Source: Candidatus Hydrothermales bacterium (GTDB taxonomy: Bacteria; Hydrothermota; Hydrothermia; Hydrothermales; JAJRUZ01). From it: a stretch of DNA of 50,843 bases. The translations under genes and the position numbers were made by a program. A model generated the notes under the pieces. That model was given only the letters and a program-made list of their open reading frames with translations, searched no databases and was not told the origin of the DNA. The DNA lies in contig JBCNUW010000014.1 of assembly GCA_039630575.1 (NCBI GenBank), positions 1 through 50,843 on the forward strand. The letters are read 5' to 3'. Positions 17,493 through 28,310 of this stretch are shown piece by piece (positions within the stretch are counted from its first letter, which is position 1; each line of letters opens with the position of its first letter).

Positions 17493-20167
17493 TATTCCTT
17501 CAGAAAACTGTTAAGAACAAATGGGAGTATACCACCATACTTTAAATATTCAATTTCCCTTTGAGTATCAACTCTTAAAATTCCGTAAAAAGAAATCTCT
17601 TTTCCCTCCTTTATTGCCCTTATTTTTACCCTTTTATTTGGTTTTAGATCTTCCTCCAACCCTTCAATATAGTAAATTTCATCACCTTGAAGCCCATATT
17701 TTGAGGCACTTTCTCCTTGCTCAAACTGTATAGGTATAACACCCATTTGAACAAGATTTTGTCTGTGGATTCTTTCAAAACTTTCAGCAATTACTGCCTT
17801 AACTGAAAGAAGTTTTGTCCCCTTAGCAGCCCAATCTCTTGAAGAACCACTCCCGTACTCCTTTCCAGCTATTACAATTAAAGAAACTCCTTCCTTAATA
17901 TATCTAATAGATGCCTCATAAACTGATAAAATTTCACCTTCAGGAAACTTTACTGTCCATCCTCCTTCTTTGGAAGGTGTTAGTTTGTTTTTAAGTCTTA
18001 CATTAGAAAAAGTCCCCCTTATCATAACTTCATGATTCCCTCTCCTTGCACCGTAATTGTTGAAGTCCTCTGGTTTTACTCCTTGTGAAATAAGGTATTT
18101 ACCTGCTGGAGAATCTTCTGAGATTTCTCCTGCTGGTGAGATATGATCGGTAGTTATCGAATCTCCAAGTAATAAAAGAACTCTTGCATCTTTTATATCT
18201 CTAACCCTTAAAGGTTCACCTTTGAAACCTTCAAAAAAAGGTGCTTCTTTTATATAGGTAGACTTTTCATCAAATTCAAAAATTTTTCCTCCCTTTACTT
18301 CTAATTTTTCCCAATTTTCGTCTCCTTTATAAATTTCAGAATAAACTTTTTCATAATGCTTTCTTGATAGGAATTTCTTCATGTAATAACTTACCTCATC
18401 CTCAGAGGGCCATATTTCACTAAGAAAAACTGGATTATTATTTGGATCAAAACCTAAGGGCTCTTCATAAGGATTAAAGTTAACATGACCTTTAATTGCA
18501 AAGGCAACAACAAGAGGAGGGCTCATCAAAAAATTCATCCTCACAAGAGGATGAACTCTTGCCTCAAAGTTTCTATTTCCAGACAAAACAGAAGCAACTA
18601 TTAGATTTTTCTCCTTAATCAAATTTTCAATAACTGGCTGAAGTGGACCTGAATTTCCAATACAGGTTGTGCATCCAAAACCTACAACGAAAAATCCAAG
18701 TGCCTCTAAATATGTTAATAAACTCGACTCTTCAAGATACTCCTTTACAACAGCAGAACCAGGTGCAAAGGATGTTTTTACATATGGTTTTACCTTTAAT
18801 CCTCTTTCAAAGGCCTTTTTTGCAAGAATCCCTGAAGAGAATAAAAGATATGGATTACTTGTGTTTGTACAACTTGTTATAGCAGCTATAACCACAGCTC
18901 CATCAGTAAGTTCAAATTCTCCTTCTTTTAATCTTACCTTAAATACTCTTGATTCATCAGGATATCTAACTTTATAGTCTTTTTCAAAATTTTCGTTAAT
19001 TTTACTTTTCAATACGTTAAGAGTTATCCTATCTTGTGGTCTTTTAGGTCCTGCTACTGATGGGTACACGTCACTGAGATCTATTTCAATAATTTCACTA
19101 TAAATTGGTTCAGTTTCATAAAAATTAAAAAGAAGCTGCTCCTTCGTGTAGATTTCAACTCTCTTTACAATCTCTTCACTTCTTCCCGTTTCGTGAAGGT
19201 ATTCAAGGGTTTTTTCATCTACAGGAAAAAATGAAACAGTTGAGCCATATTCAGGACTCATATTTGAAATTGTTGCTCTGTCAGGAACTGAAAGTTTTTT
19301 TACACCATCTCCAAAATATTCAACAAATTTATCCACAACATTTTTTTCTCTCAGTTTTTCTGTAATATAAAGCACAAGATCAGTTGCTGATACACCTTTT
19401 AATAAATCTCCCTTTAATTTGACTCCCACAACCTCTGGAAATACCATATACACCGGTTCACCTAACATAACAGCTTCTGCCTCAATTCCGCCAACTCCAA
19501 ATCCAAAAACTCCAATTCCATTTATCATTGTTGTATGTGAATCAGTTCCTATCACTGTATCGGGCATTAAAATCTCCTTACCATCCTCTTTTTTTAAATT
19601 AACAACTTCTGAAAGGTATTCAAGATTTATTTGATGGATGATACCTTTTCCAGGAGGTACTATCTTTAAATTTTTAAAAGAATTTTGTGCCCATTTTAAA
19701 AGAATGTACCTTTCTTTATTTCTCTCAAACTCTCTTTTTATATTTAAGTTAAAAGATAACTTTGTCCCAAAATAATCAACTTGAACTGAATGATCTATTA
19801 TAAGATGACAAGGTATCTTTGGATTTACCTTCTCTGGGTCACCGGAAAATTTTTCTATTGCCTTTCTCATAGATGCAAGATCTACAATAAGTGGAACACC
19901 AGTGAAATCCTGAAGTATTACTCTCGAAGGATAAAAGGGTATTTCAATTTTTCCCTTTGCTTTTGGAAAGGATCTAAAGAACTCTATGATACTTTCATTT
20001 GTTTCTCCGTCAAAATTTCTCAATATATTCTCAAGTAGTATTCTTAAGGTGAATGGTAGTTTCTCAACATCAATAGAAAATATTTTTGATGCCTCTTTAA
20101 GTGAATATATTAAAAAAGTTTTTGAATTTACTTCTATTTCTTTTAAAGTATCCTTTATTCCTTTCAT
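17492..20167 (-). CDS. acnA: Aconitate hydratase A
   Basis: QDFTGVP, DHSVQVD, GTDSHT, AITSCTNTSNP, GCTTCIGNSG, SGNRNFE, GSSRDWAAKG. Confidence 0.97.
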   Translation of the reverse strand: MKGIKDTLKEIEVNSKTFLIYSLKEASKIFSIDVEKLPFTLRILLENILRNFDGETNESIIEFFRSFPKAKGKIEIPFYPSRVILQDFTGVPLIVDLASMRKAIEKFSGDPEKVNPKIPCHLIIDHSVQVDYFGTKLSFNLNIKREFERNKERYILLKWAQNSFKNLKIVPPGKGIIHQINLEYLSEVVNLKKEDGKEILMPDTVIGTDSHTTMINGIGVFGFGVGGIEAEAVMLGEPVYMVFPEVVGVKLKGDLLKGVSATDLVLYITEKLREKNVVDKFVEYFGDGVKKLSVPDRATISNMSPEYGSTVSFFPVDEKTLEYLHETGRSEEIVKRVEIYTKEQLLFNFYETEPIYSEIIEIDLSDVYPSVAGPKRPQDRITLNVLKSKINENFEKDYKVRYPDESRVFKVRLKEGEFELTDGAVVIAAITSCTNTSNPYLLFSSGILAKKAFERGLKVKPYVKTSFAPGSAVVKEYLEESSLLTYLEALGFFVVGFGCTTCIGNSGPLQPVIENLIKEKNLIVASVLSGNRNFEARVHPLVRMNFLMSPPLVVAFAIKGHVNFNPYEEPLGFDPNNNPVFLSEIWPSEDEVSYYMKKFLSRKHYEKVYSEIYKGDENWEKLEVKGGKIFEFDEKSTYIKEAPFFEGFKGEPLRVRDIKDARVLLLLGDSITTDHISPAGEISEDSPAGKYLISQGVKPEDFNNYGARRGNHEVMIRGTFSNVRLKNKLTPSKEGGWTVKFPEGEILSVYEASIRYIKEGVSLIVIAGKEYGSGSSRDWAAKGTKLLSVKAVIAESFERIHRQNLVQMGVIPIQFEQGESASKYGLQGDEIYYIEGLEEDLKPNKRVKIRAIKEGKEISFYGILRVDTQREIEYLKYGGILPFVLNSFLKE

Positions 20168-20189
20168 GATTTATATTTTAAAGTAAAAC

Positions 20190-20218
20190 TTGAATAATTT
20201 TAAATAAAGAGTTATAAT
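20190..20218 (+). promoter_or_regulatory. Sigma70-type promoter, probably giving a leaderless mRNA
   Basis: TTGAAT (20190-20195), 17 bp, TATAAT (20213-20218); ATG at 20226 is 7 nt after the -10, with no SD. Confidence 0.7.
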
Positions 20219-20225
20219 AAAAAAC

Positions 20226-20912
20226 ATGAAAATAAGGAGGAAGAAAAAAGTTACAAAGAAAGAATTAAGAAAAGATCCATTTATTGATTTTGCTGATAGG
20301 GCTTATAAAAAGCTTAAAGAAAGACCAAGAGAGTTTATAGGTGGTTTTTTACTGATTTTAGCCATTATTTTGCTTATATTTGTTTTGCGTTCTGGTCAAA
20401 GTCAGGATTTTCCAATGGCAAGACAGATGTGGTTTCAAGCTATTTCGCTTATGCAGGCTCAACGAACTCAAGAAGCTTTAAATGTTTTTCAAGATATTTC
20501 TATTAGATTCCCTGATTCACCGGAAGGTAAAAAGGCTCTATTTTATCTTGCTAACTTTGCTTTTCTTCAGGGAGACTATGTAACAGCAAAGGCAAGGTAT
20601 GAAAGCTATCTTTCAAAAAAACCGGATGATTTTTTACTTGAAGCTTCAAGTCTTGAGGCTCTTGGTACCATAGATTTTATTATGGGAAATGTTGAAAGTG
20701 GAAAAAAAAGAATTTTAAAAGCTATTGATAAAGTTCCCTATAGGACCTTTAAGAGTCTTTTTGCTTACAGGTTAATTAATTTTTTAATAGAAAAGGGTTA
20801 TTATAAAGATGCCTATAATATTTTTCAAAAATTTAAGGATAAAGTTACAGTTGAATTTAAGGATGATTTTTTAAAATTTGAAAGTTTTCTCAAAGGTGTT
20901 TTAGAATTGTAA
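20226..20912 (+). CDS. Membrane-anchored TPR protein (YfgM-like)
   Basis: Basic N-terminus KKELRKDPF, one TM, TPR helices. Confidence 0.7.
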   Translation: MKIRRKKKVTKKELRKDPFIDFADRAYKKLKERPREFIGGFLLILAIILLIFVLRSGQSQDFPMARQMWFQAISLMQAQRTQEALNVFQDISIRFPDSPEGKKALFYLANFAFLQGDYVTAKARYESYLSKKPDDFLLEASSLEALGTIDFIMGNVESGKKRILKAIDKVPYRTFKSLFAYRLINFLIEKGYYKDAYNIFQKFKDKVTVEFKDDFLKFESFLKGVLEL

Positions 20913-20913
20913 T

Positions 20914-21270
20914 ATGAATGAGGATAAAAGAACACTAACGGTAAGACATATTTATGCCTCCTTTTCCTATATTCCGATTTTAAACTTTGTTCCTCTTTTC
21001 GATTCACAAGCAGGTGAGTTTGTTCATTTTCACGCAAAGCAAGGATTTTTAATTTTTATTGTTGAGTTTATTGGACTTATTCTATTTTTTTCATTTCATT
21101 TATTAGTTGGATCCATTCCGGTTATAAGATATATTTTTATAAACTTTTTCTTTGCCTTCTATATTCTCGGTATCGGACTTTTAGTAGTATTAGGACTCTA
21201 TGGTGCACTTACAGGAAAGATGTTTGAAATCCCCTTTGTGGGAGAATTTGCAAAAAAGTTAAACATATAA
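20914..21270 (+). CDS. DUF4870/Tic20-like small membrane protein
   Basis: FVHFHAKQG and G.MFEIPFVG motifs. Confidence 0.8.
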   Translation: MNEDKRTLTVRHIYASFSYIPILNFVPLFDSQAGEFVHFHAKQGFLIFIVEFIGLILFFSFHLLVGSIPVIRYIFINFFFAFYILGIGLLVVLGLYGALTGKMFEIPFVGEFAKKLNI

Positions 21271-21283
21271 AAGGAGGTAAATT

Positions 21284-23755
21284 TTGTTTGGAGAACCTTA
21301 TTTTGAAAGGTTAACCCAGAACGCAAGAAAAGCTTTTCAGATAGCAAAAGATGAGGCAATAAGGCTCGCACACTCAGAGGTAGGATGTGAACATCTCTTA
21401 CTTGCATTAACTCGAATGACTGATTCGGTAGCAGCTATAGTTTTGTCTAATCTCGGGGTAGATTTTGAACTTTTAAGGGAAAGAATTGAAGCAGCTCATC
21501 CTCCAGGTAGCTATACTTCATCTCCTGGTGATTTACCTATGAATTCGTCCTTAAGAAGAACAATACAGTATGCTGCCGAAGAAGCAAGAAAACTTGGGCA
21601 TACCCAAATTGGTTCAGAACACTTACTCATCGGTTTAATGAGAGAAAAAAGAGGAATAGCCTTTAAAGTTCTCTCTCAATTTGGTTTAGATTTTGATATT
21701 GTTGTAGAAGAGACTTTAAGGGTATTATCATCGATTGAAGAGCCACAGCAGCAGGAACCGAAAACTCCACCAACTATGGGTATTAAAAAAGGAAAGCTTA
21801 TTGAACAGTTCGCTACAGACCTTACATTACTTGCAAGACAAAACAAGCTTGATCCAGTTATAAATAGAGAAGTAGAAATTGAAAGGGTTATGCAGATACT
21901 TTCAAGAAGAAAGAAAAATAATCCTGTTTTAATTGGAGAACCTGGTGTAGGTAAAACTGCAATAGTTGAAGGTCTTGCCCAACGTATAGTAAAGGGTGAA
22001 GTTCCGGAGTCTCTAAAGGATAAGAGAATTCTTGCCTTAGACCTTGCTGCTATTGTAGCTGGAACAAAATACAGGGGACAATTTGAGGAAAGACTTAAGG
22101 CTATATTAAACGAGGTAATCATGAGCAAAAACATAATACTTTTTGTAGATGAGCTTCATACTCTTGTTGGAGCAGGTGCGGCTGAAGGTGCTATAGATGC
22201 ATCAAATATTTTAAAACCTGCTTTAGCAAGAGGTGAAATACAGTGTATTGGAGCAACCACAATGGAGGAATACAGAAAATACATTGAAAAAGATGGTGCC
22301 CTTGAGAGGAGATTCCAACCAATTATTGTGGAACCACCTACAGTTGAGGAAACGATTGAAATATTAAAGGGTTTAAAAGAAAAGTATGAGAACTATCATG
22401 GTGTAACCTATACAGATGAAGCAATTTTTTCTGCAGCAAGATACGCAGATAGGTATATTTCAGATAGATTTTTACCTGATAAGGCAATAGACGTAATAGA
22501 TGAAGCTGGTGCAAGGGTTAAACTTATGTCAGGATTTCATGACGAAATAATTGATAAATATAAAAAAGAGATAGAAAAACTAAAGGAAGAAAAGAATAAA
22601 GCTGTTATGGAGCAGATGTATGAAAAAGCAGCAAAGGTAAGAGATGAAATTCAAAGGTTAACACAACTTATTGAAATAAGAAAAGAAGAATTGAGATCAA
22701 AGAAGGAAAGACCAAAAGTGACAGAAGAAGATATTGCCTATGTTGTCTCCAGATGGACAGGAATTCCCCTAACAAAAATTGAAGAGGAAGAGCAGGTAAG
22801 ACTTTTAAAAATGGAGGATGAGCTTAAGAAAAAAGTTGTAGGTCAGGATTTACCTATCCAACTGATCTCAAGAGCTATAAGAAGATCAAGGGCTGGAATT
22901 AAAGATCCGAGAAGACCTATAGGTTCCTTTATCTTCCTTGGGCCAACTGGTGTTGGAAAAACACACCTTGCTAAAGTTCTTGCTGAATTCCTTTTTGGTG
23001 ATGAAAATGCCTTAATAAGAATAGATATGTCTGAATACATGGAAAAATTCAATGTCTCAAAACTGATAGGTGCTCCTCCTGGTTATGTAGGATATGAGGA
23101 GGGTGGTCAGCTCACAGAAAGGGTTAGAAGAAAACCCTATTCAGTTGTTCTTTTCGATGAGTTTGAAAAGGCTCATCCAGATGTCTTTAACATTTTGCTT
23201 CAAATACTTGAGGACGGTGTTTTAACTGATAGTTTTGGTAGAAGGGTAAATTTTAAAAATACAGTGATTATTTTAACAAGTAACATTGGGACTAAATTTT
23301 TAAAAACCCATCGTGCTCTTGGTTTCCATAAGGGTGAAGAAGGTGAATTTGATTTTGAGTCCATGAAAAATTTCTTAATGGAACAGGTAAAAGAGCTTTT
23401 ACCTCCTGAATTCTTAAATAGGATTGACGAAGTAATTGTTTTTAAACCCCTCACAAAGGATGAATCAATAAAGATCTCTGAGATACTCCTTAAAGAACTA
23501 TCTGATAGAGTGTATTTGGACAGAAAAATTAAGGTCATATTCACAAAGGGAGCTATTGAATTCATAGCAAACAAGGGATTTGATCCAGATTTTGGTGCAA
23601 GACCTTTAAAAAGAGTTATAAGAAGTTATATAGAGGATCCTCTTTCAGAAGAGATTTTAAAGGGTGTATTCGAGGTGGGAGATGAGGTTGAAGTAGATGT
23701 TATTAATGAAAAAATTATTTTTAGAAAACTTGAAGGAGCTCATATAGGCAAATAA
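21284..23755 (+). CDS. clpC: ATP-dependent Clp protease ATP-binding subunit ClpC
   Basis: Clp N repeats, two AAA modules ([16 protein letters not shown]), UVR-like middle domain, LGF loop; TTG start with SD GGAGGT. Confidence 0.96.
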   Translation: MFGEPYFERLTQNARKAFQIAKDEAIRLAHSEVGCEHLLLALTRMTDSVAAIVLSNLGVDFELLRERIEAAHPPGSYTSSPGDLPMNSSLRRTIQYAAEEARKLGHTQIGSEHLLIGLMREKRGIAFKVLSQFGLDFDIVVEETLRVLSSIEEPQQQEPKTPPTMGIKKGKLIEQFATDLTLLARQNKLDPVINREVEIERVMQILSRRKKNNPVLIGEPGVGKTAIVEGLAQRIVKGEVPESLKDKRILALDLAAIVAGTKYRGQFEERLKAILNEVIMSKNIILFVDELHTLVGAGAAEGAIDASNILKPALARGEIQCIGATTMEEYRKYIEKDGALERRFQPIIVEPPTVEETIEILKGLKEKYENYHGVTYTDEAIFSAARYADRYISDRFLPDKAIDVIDEAGARVKLMSGFHDEIIDKYKKEIEKLKEEKNKAVMEQMYEKAAKVRDEIQRLTQLIEIRKEELRSKKERPKVTEEDIAYVVSRWTGIPLTKIEEEEQVRLLKMEDELKKKVVGQDLPIQLISRAIRRSRAGIKDPRRPIGSFIFLGPTGVGKTHLAKVLAEFLFGDENALIRIDMSEYMEKFNVSKLIGAPPGYVGYEEGGQLTERVRRKPYSVVLFDEFEKAHPDVFNILLQILEDGVLTDSFGRRVNFKNTVIILTSNIGTKFLKTHRALGFHKGEEGEFDFESMKNFLMEQVKELLPPEFLNRIDEVIVFKPLTKDESIKISEILLKELSDRVYLDRKIKVIFTKGAIEFIANKGFDPDFGARPLKRVIRSYIEDPLSEEILKGVFEVGDEVEVDVINEKIIFRKLEGAHIGK

Positions 23756-23766
23756 TTTTAATTTCT

Positions 23767-26067
23767 ATGCTAAAACTTATTTTAATTTTTCTAACACTAA
23801 AAGTTAAATACATACTAAAGGATATAAAGGTTGAGGGTAACATAAATGTTTCTACAGATTTCATAGTCAATACCTCTGGTTTTAAAAAGGGAGAATATTT
23901 AAGTGAGGAGGATGTAAAAGAGGCATTAAAAAAGCTTTACAGCACAAAAAATTTTAAAAATATTTCAATTGATCTTTTAAAAGAGGAAAAAGAAAATGAA
24001 GTTATAGCTTTAATAAAAGTGGAAGAATTTCCAAGAGTTGAAGGTATAAAAATTGAAGGTACAAGAAAAATAAAAGATAAAGAAATTATAGAGAAAATAA
24101 CACTTTTAAAAGGCTCACCTCTTTCTGGAAGTGATATTAAAGAATCTGAAAACAAGATAGTTTCCCTTTATAGAGAAAAGGGGTTTTCTGGAACAAAGGT
24201 TGAGACAGAACTTATTAAAACTAAAAAAGAAGGTTTTGTAGATGTTTTGTTTAAGGTTCACGAGGGAAAAAAGGCAAAAATTAAAGAGATTGATATTATA
24301 GGTAATGAAAACTTCCCTGATAAAAAAATTGAAATACTTTTGAGAAATAGAGAGAAGAAATGGTATAGGAAAGCCGTCTTTAGAGAAGAATACTTTGAGG
24401 AAGATTTACCAAAGATTGAGGATTTTTATAAAAATAATGGATTTATTGATATAAAAGTTGATTCTTATAAAGTCAATCCTGAGGGTGATTGGTTATACAT
24501 AAAAATTTTTCTAACAGAGGGTAAAAAGTTTTACTTTGGTGATTACAGATTTGAAGGAAATAATTTTTTTGATGAAGGTACTCTATCGAAAAAATTAAAA
24601 TTAAAAAAGGGGGAAATTTTTTCTCTTAAAAAATTTATTGAAAGTATCCAGGAGATTCAAGGTCTTTACGCAGATTCAGGTTTTTTACTTGTTAAGGTTA
24701 TACCTGAGGAAAAGAGAAGATCTGAAATCAAGAGAGAAAATTTAGATTTAAATGTTGATACTCTATTTGTTATTTTTCACATCAAGGAGGGTCTCCCTTG
24801 TTATGTAAATAAAATCAATATTGCTGGAAACCAGAGGACAAGAGAGTATGTTATAAGAAGAGAGCTTGATATATTTCCTGGAGATAAATTTAATAGACAA
24901 AAAGTTATAAAAAGTTTAAGGGATCTCTATTTTTTAAACTATTTTGAAAAAGTGGATTTTTCATTTGAAATTCTCGAGGATTCGAAAAGGGTAGATTTAA
25001 TCTTTAAAGTAAAGGATAAACCAACAGGTACCCTTCAGGCTGGAGGATCTTACTCAATGGTTCAAAAAGGTTCACTTATTCTTTCAGTTTCAGAGAATAA
25101 CCTCTTTGGAAGAGGTCAACAAGTTTCTCTTTCCCTGGAGCTTGGCATGTATAGACAAAATATAAGATTTAACTTTACAGAACCTTGGATGTTTCAAAGA
25201 CACTATCTTTTTGGTTTTGATGTTCACCATTATATTGATGTTTTCCCAGATGAATATTCTGTTCAGAAGACAGGATTCTCTTTATCCTTTGCAAGACCCT
25301 ATGATGTTAATGAGTACATATGGACAAGTACAAGGTATGAATTAGATAGAAACAAAGTATTTGATTTTTCTGCAAGATATGATCCTGTCGATGTTTATGA
25401 TTTAAGAAAAGAAAAATGGCCTAAAATAGTTTCAAGAACAATCAATGCCATTTATTTTGACTCAAGAGATAGAAAATTCAATACAAGGAAGGGTATGAGG
25501 TCAGAATATAAAGTTACACTTTCAGGTGGAATTTTTTTGGGTGATGAGCATTTTCACAGACATGTTATTAGCTACTCCTATTATAAGCCTCTTTTAAAGG
25601 AGAAAATTGTTCCTACTTTTAATGTAAAATTAGGGTTTATCTACCCCTACAAAAAGACAAAACCTATACCTGTTTATGAGTATTTTAGACCAGGAGGAGT
25701 GCAGTTTACAGATTTTGTAGTAAGGGGGTATGAGGAAAGAACAATAGGTTATAAATCCCAAGGTGTTGTTATTGGTGGAACTGCAGCCTTTGCCTTTAAT
25801 TTTGAGTTGCGTTTTGTAGTTAATGATCAAATTTATTTTAGTATATTTTATGATTTAGGAAATGCCTTTTTGAAACCATACAATATGGAGAGGGAGATTA
25901 AAAGAATTTTTGAGGAAAAACGTGTGAGGTTAAAAAGAGGGGTAGGAGTTGGAGTAAGAATGGAAATACCCATGCTAGGAATCGTTGGGGTTGACTTAGC
26001 CTATGGTTTTGACAAACTTGAAAAGGGCTTTATTCCCCATTTTGTTTTAGGATTTCCTCTGTGGTAA
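23767..26067 (+). CDS. bamA: Outer membrane protein assembly factor BamA
   Basis: POTRA repeats, NLFGRGQ, VRGY, C-terminal barrel. Confidence 0.95.
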   Translation: MLKLILIFLTLKVKYILKDIKVEGNINVSTDFIVNTSGFKKGEYLSEEDVKEALKKLYSTKNFKNISIDLLKEEKENEVIALIKVEEFPRVEGIKIEGTRKIKDKEIIEKITLLKGSPLSGSDIKESENKIVSLYREKGFSGTKVETELIKTKKEGFVDVLFKVHEGKKAKIKEIDIIGNENFPDKKIEILLRNREKKWYRKAVFREEYFEEDLPKIEDFYKNNGFIDIKVDSYKVNPEGDWLYIKIFLTEGKKFYFGDYRFEGNNFFDEGTLSKKLKLKKGEIFSLKKFIESIQEIQGLYADSGFLLVKVIPEEKRRSEIKRENLDLNVDTLFVIFHIKEGLPCYVNKINIAGNQRTREYVIRRELDIFPGDKFNRQKVIKSLRDLYFLNYFEKVDFSFEILEDSKRVDLIFKVKDKPTGTLQAGGSYSMVQKGSLILSVSENNLFGRGQQVSLSLELGMYRQNIRFNFTEPWMFQRHYLFGFDVHHYIDVFPDEYSVQKTGFSLSFARPYDVNEYIWTSTRYELDRNKVFDFSARYDPVDVYDLRKEKWPKIVSRTINAIYFDSRDRKFNTRKGMRSEYKVTLSGGIFLGDEHFHRHVISYSYYKPLLKEKIVPTFNVKLGFIYPYKKTKPIPVYEYFRPGGVQFTDFVVRGYEERTIGYKSQGVVIGGTAAFAFNFELRFVVNDQIYFSIFYDLGNAFLKPYNMEREIKRIFEEKRVRLKRGVGVGVRMEIPMLGIVGVDLAYGFDKLEKGFIPHFVLGFPLW

Positions 26068-27017
26068 AAAAGATTTTTTTTCTAACTCAAATTTATGTTC
26101 TTTCCTTTGCCAGTTCAACTAAAATCGGCATATTAGATTTAAAGAGAATAACTCAAAATTATGAGGGTATGAGAGAGGTAAAGTCAGACATTGATAGATT
26201 GGCAAGAGAATGGGAAGAAGAGTTAAACAAGAAAAAATCAAAAATAGATTCTCTTGAGAAAATCTACCAAAGAGAAAAACCAGGGTTGTCAGAAGAAGCG
26301 AGATTAAAAAGAGAATTAGAGATTGAGAATTTAAAAAAAGATTACCAAAACTTTATAAAAGAGATTTGGGGTAAAGGTGGGAAAATTGAACAAAAAACAG
26401 AAGAGTTAATAAAGCCTGTAACTGAGAAAATAAGAAAAGTAATAAAAGAAGTGGCAGAAGAGGAAGGAGTGGATATTGTATTTGATTCATCAAAAGATGA
26501 TATTCTTTATACAAAAGAAGCAGTTGATCTTACTGATAGGGTTCTTGAAAGATTAAATAGGGAATTTAAAGGAAAGGAAACAGAGCCAGCTACAATAATA
26601 AGAAGAATAAGGATTTCAGTATTACCCTTTAAACTTTCCAGTGAACTTTTAGGTTCAATATACTTTTCAGTATTTATGAATGAGCTTGAAAAAGCTTTAA
26701 GAAAATCACCAAAATTTGAAGTTACAGGATTTGAAATTTCAGAAAATGCTATTAAATCTATAGGTTATGATAAAAATACGCTACCTTTGTCTCAAATTAA
26801 CTTTGTAATTACCCAACTCGGTGTTGAATATGCCTTATACGGTGAATTAAGAAGAAAGGGAGGTACTACTCTGGAAGTATTATTTTACCTTTATAACATA
26901 AAAGGTGAAAAAATTTTTGAAAACTCAATCACGTTAGAAGAATACGAAGAAAAAGTAAAGGAAGCAGCCTATACAACAGCTCAAAGTGTTATAAATTACT
27001 TTTCTGAAAAAAAATAA
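26061..27017 (+). CDS. Skp/OmpH chaperone fused to an additional C-terminal alpha/beta domain
   Basis: KIGILDLKRI, coiled coil, DIVFD...DLTDRVL (OmpH) followed by about 140 extra residues; lies directly after bamA. Confidence 0.85.
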   Translation: MVKKIFFLTQIYVLSFASSTKIGILDLKRITQNYEGMREVKSDIDRLAREWEEELNKKKSKIDSLEKIYQREKPGLSEEARLKRELEIENLKKDYQNFIKEIWGKGGKIEQKTEELIKPVTEKIRKVIKEVAEEEGVDIVFDSSKDDILYTKEAVDLTDRVLERLNREFKGKETEPATIIRRIRISVLPFKLSSELLGSIYFSVFMNELEKALRKSPKFEVTGFEISENAIKSIGYDKNTLPLSQINFVITQLGVEYALYGELRRKGGTTLEVLFYLYNIKGEKIFENSITLEEYEEKVKEAAYTTAQSVINYFSEKK

Positions 27018-27018
27018 T

Positions 27019-28251
27019 TTAAGAGTACTCTTTAATTATTTCAAAGGGATTTAAGGAGAAAATTTCTTCTCCAGTTTCCATGTTTTTGATTTTTAAAAGA
27101 TTTTTCCTTATTTCTTCTTCACCTATAATTATAGCCCATTTAGCTTTCTTTTGATTAGCTCTTCTAAGTTGAGTTTTTAAACTTTTTGTGTCCCACTCCA
27201 TTTCAGAATAAATTTTTTTTTCCCTTAATTTCTTAACCCATCTTATTGCTTCTTCTTTTTCCTTCTCTGAGACATATACCACATAAACTAAATTATCTTC
27301 TTTTTTCTCGTAATTTTCCATAGCAATCATTAACCTTTCAACTCCAAAGGCAAATCCTATTCCAGGGCTATCGACTCCACCTAACATTTTCATCAACTGA
27401 TCATATCTTCCTCCACCTCCAAGAGCATCCTGGGAACCAAGCTTGTTAGATATTATTTCAAAGGCTGTTTTTGTATAATAATCAAGTCCTCTTACAATAA
27501 AATGATTTTCTCTGTATTTAAAATTTTCTTTATCAAGTAAATTTAAAAGAACTTCGTGATGTTTTAAACAGTCCTTACATAGGAAATCTCTTAAAGGCTT
27601 TATAAAATTTAACTTTTCTCTATCAACTTTACAATCCAATATTCTTAAAGGATTTCTTTCATACCTTGTTACACAATTTTCACATAAGGAGAATATCTTA
27701 TCCCTCAAATTTTCTCTTAGATAATCTGAGTATTTTTTTCTATCCTCCATACATCCTACAGAATTTATTTCAAAGGTATAATCTTTTATGTTTATTTCTT
27801 TTAAAATATTTTCAGCAAGAAGAAGAATTTCTAAGTCAATGTAGGGTTCTTTAAAACCAACTGCTTCAGCACCAAGTTGATAAAATTCTCTATATCTTCC
27901 CTTTTGTGGTTTTTCGTATCTGAACATGTTAAGGAAGTATGAGAATTTGCATGGTAAACTTATGTTTTCTTCTATAATTGCTCTTAATACAGATGGTGTT
28001 CCTTCAGGTCTTAAGGCAAGTTTTCTTCCTTTTAGATCTTCGAAGACATACATTTCCTTTTGGACAATATCAGTAGTTTCACCAGTTGATTTTTCAAAAA
28101 GTTCTTTTAATTCAAAAGTTGGAGTAATAATAAAGTTATAACCGAATAGTTTTAATATTTTTCTTGATTTTTCAAAGATAAAGTTAAATTTTTCAAATTC
28201 TTCCCCATAAATATCTTTTGTTCCTCGTATTCTTTGATAATTTTTTTTCAT
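27019..28251 (-). CDS. hisS: Histidine--tRNA ligase
   Basis: RGTKD, LRPEGT, FRYEKPQKGRYREFYQ, VRGLDYY, GGGRYD, FGVER. Confidence 0.97.
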   Translation of the reverse strand: MKKNYQRIRGTKDIYGEEFEKFNFIFEKSRKILKLFGYNFIITPTFELKELFEKSTGETTDIVQKEMYVFEDLKGRKLALRPEGTPSVLRAIIEENISLPCKFSYFLNMFRYEKPQKGRYREFYQLGAEAVGFKEPYIDLEILLLAENILKEINIKDYTFEINSVGCMEDRKKYSDYLRENLRDKIFSLCENCVTRYERNPLRILDCKVDREKLNFIKPLRDFLCKDCLKHHEVLLNLLDKENFKYRENHFIVRGLDYYTKTAFEIISNKLGSQDALGGGGRYDQLMKMLGGVDSPGIGFAFGVERLMIAMENYEKKEDNLVYVVYVSEKEKEEAIRWVKKLREKKIYSEMEWDTKSLKTQLRRANQKKAKWAIIIGEEEIRKNLLKIKNMETGEEIFSLNPFEIIKEYS

Positions 28252-28274
28252 TTTAATTAAAATTTTATATTATA

Positions 28275-28285
28275 GGTTCAATTCC
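28275..28285 (+). repeat. GGTTCAATTCC T-loop-like motif, copy 1
   Basis: Exact 11-mer, 25 nt before GTG 28311. Confidence 0.7.
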
Positions 28286-28310
28286 TTTCCATATTTAAAA
28301 GGAGAATTCT

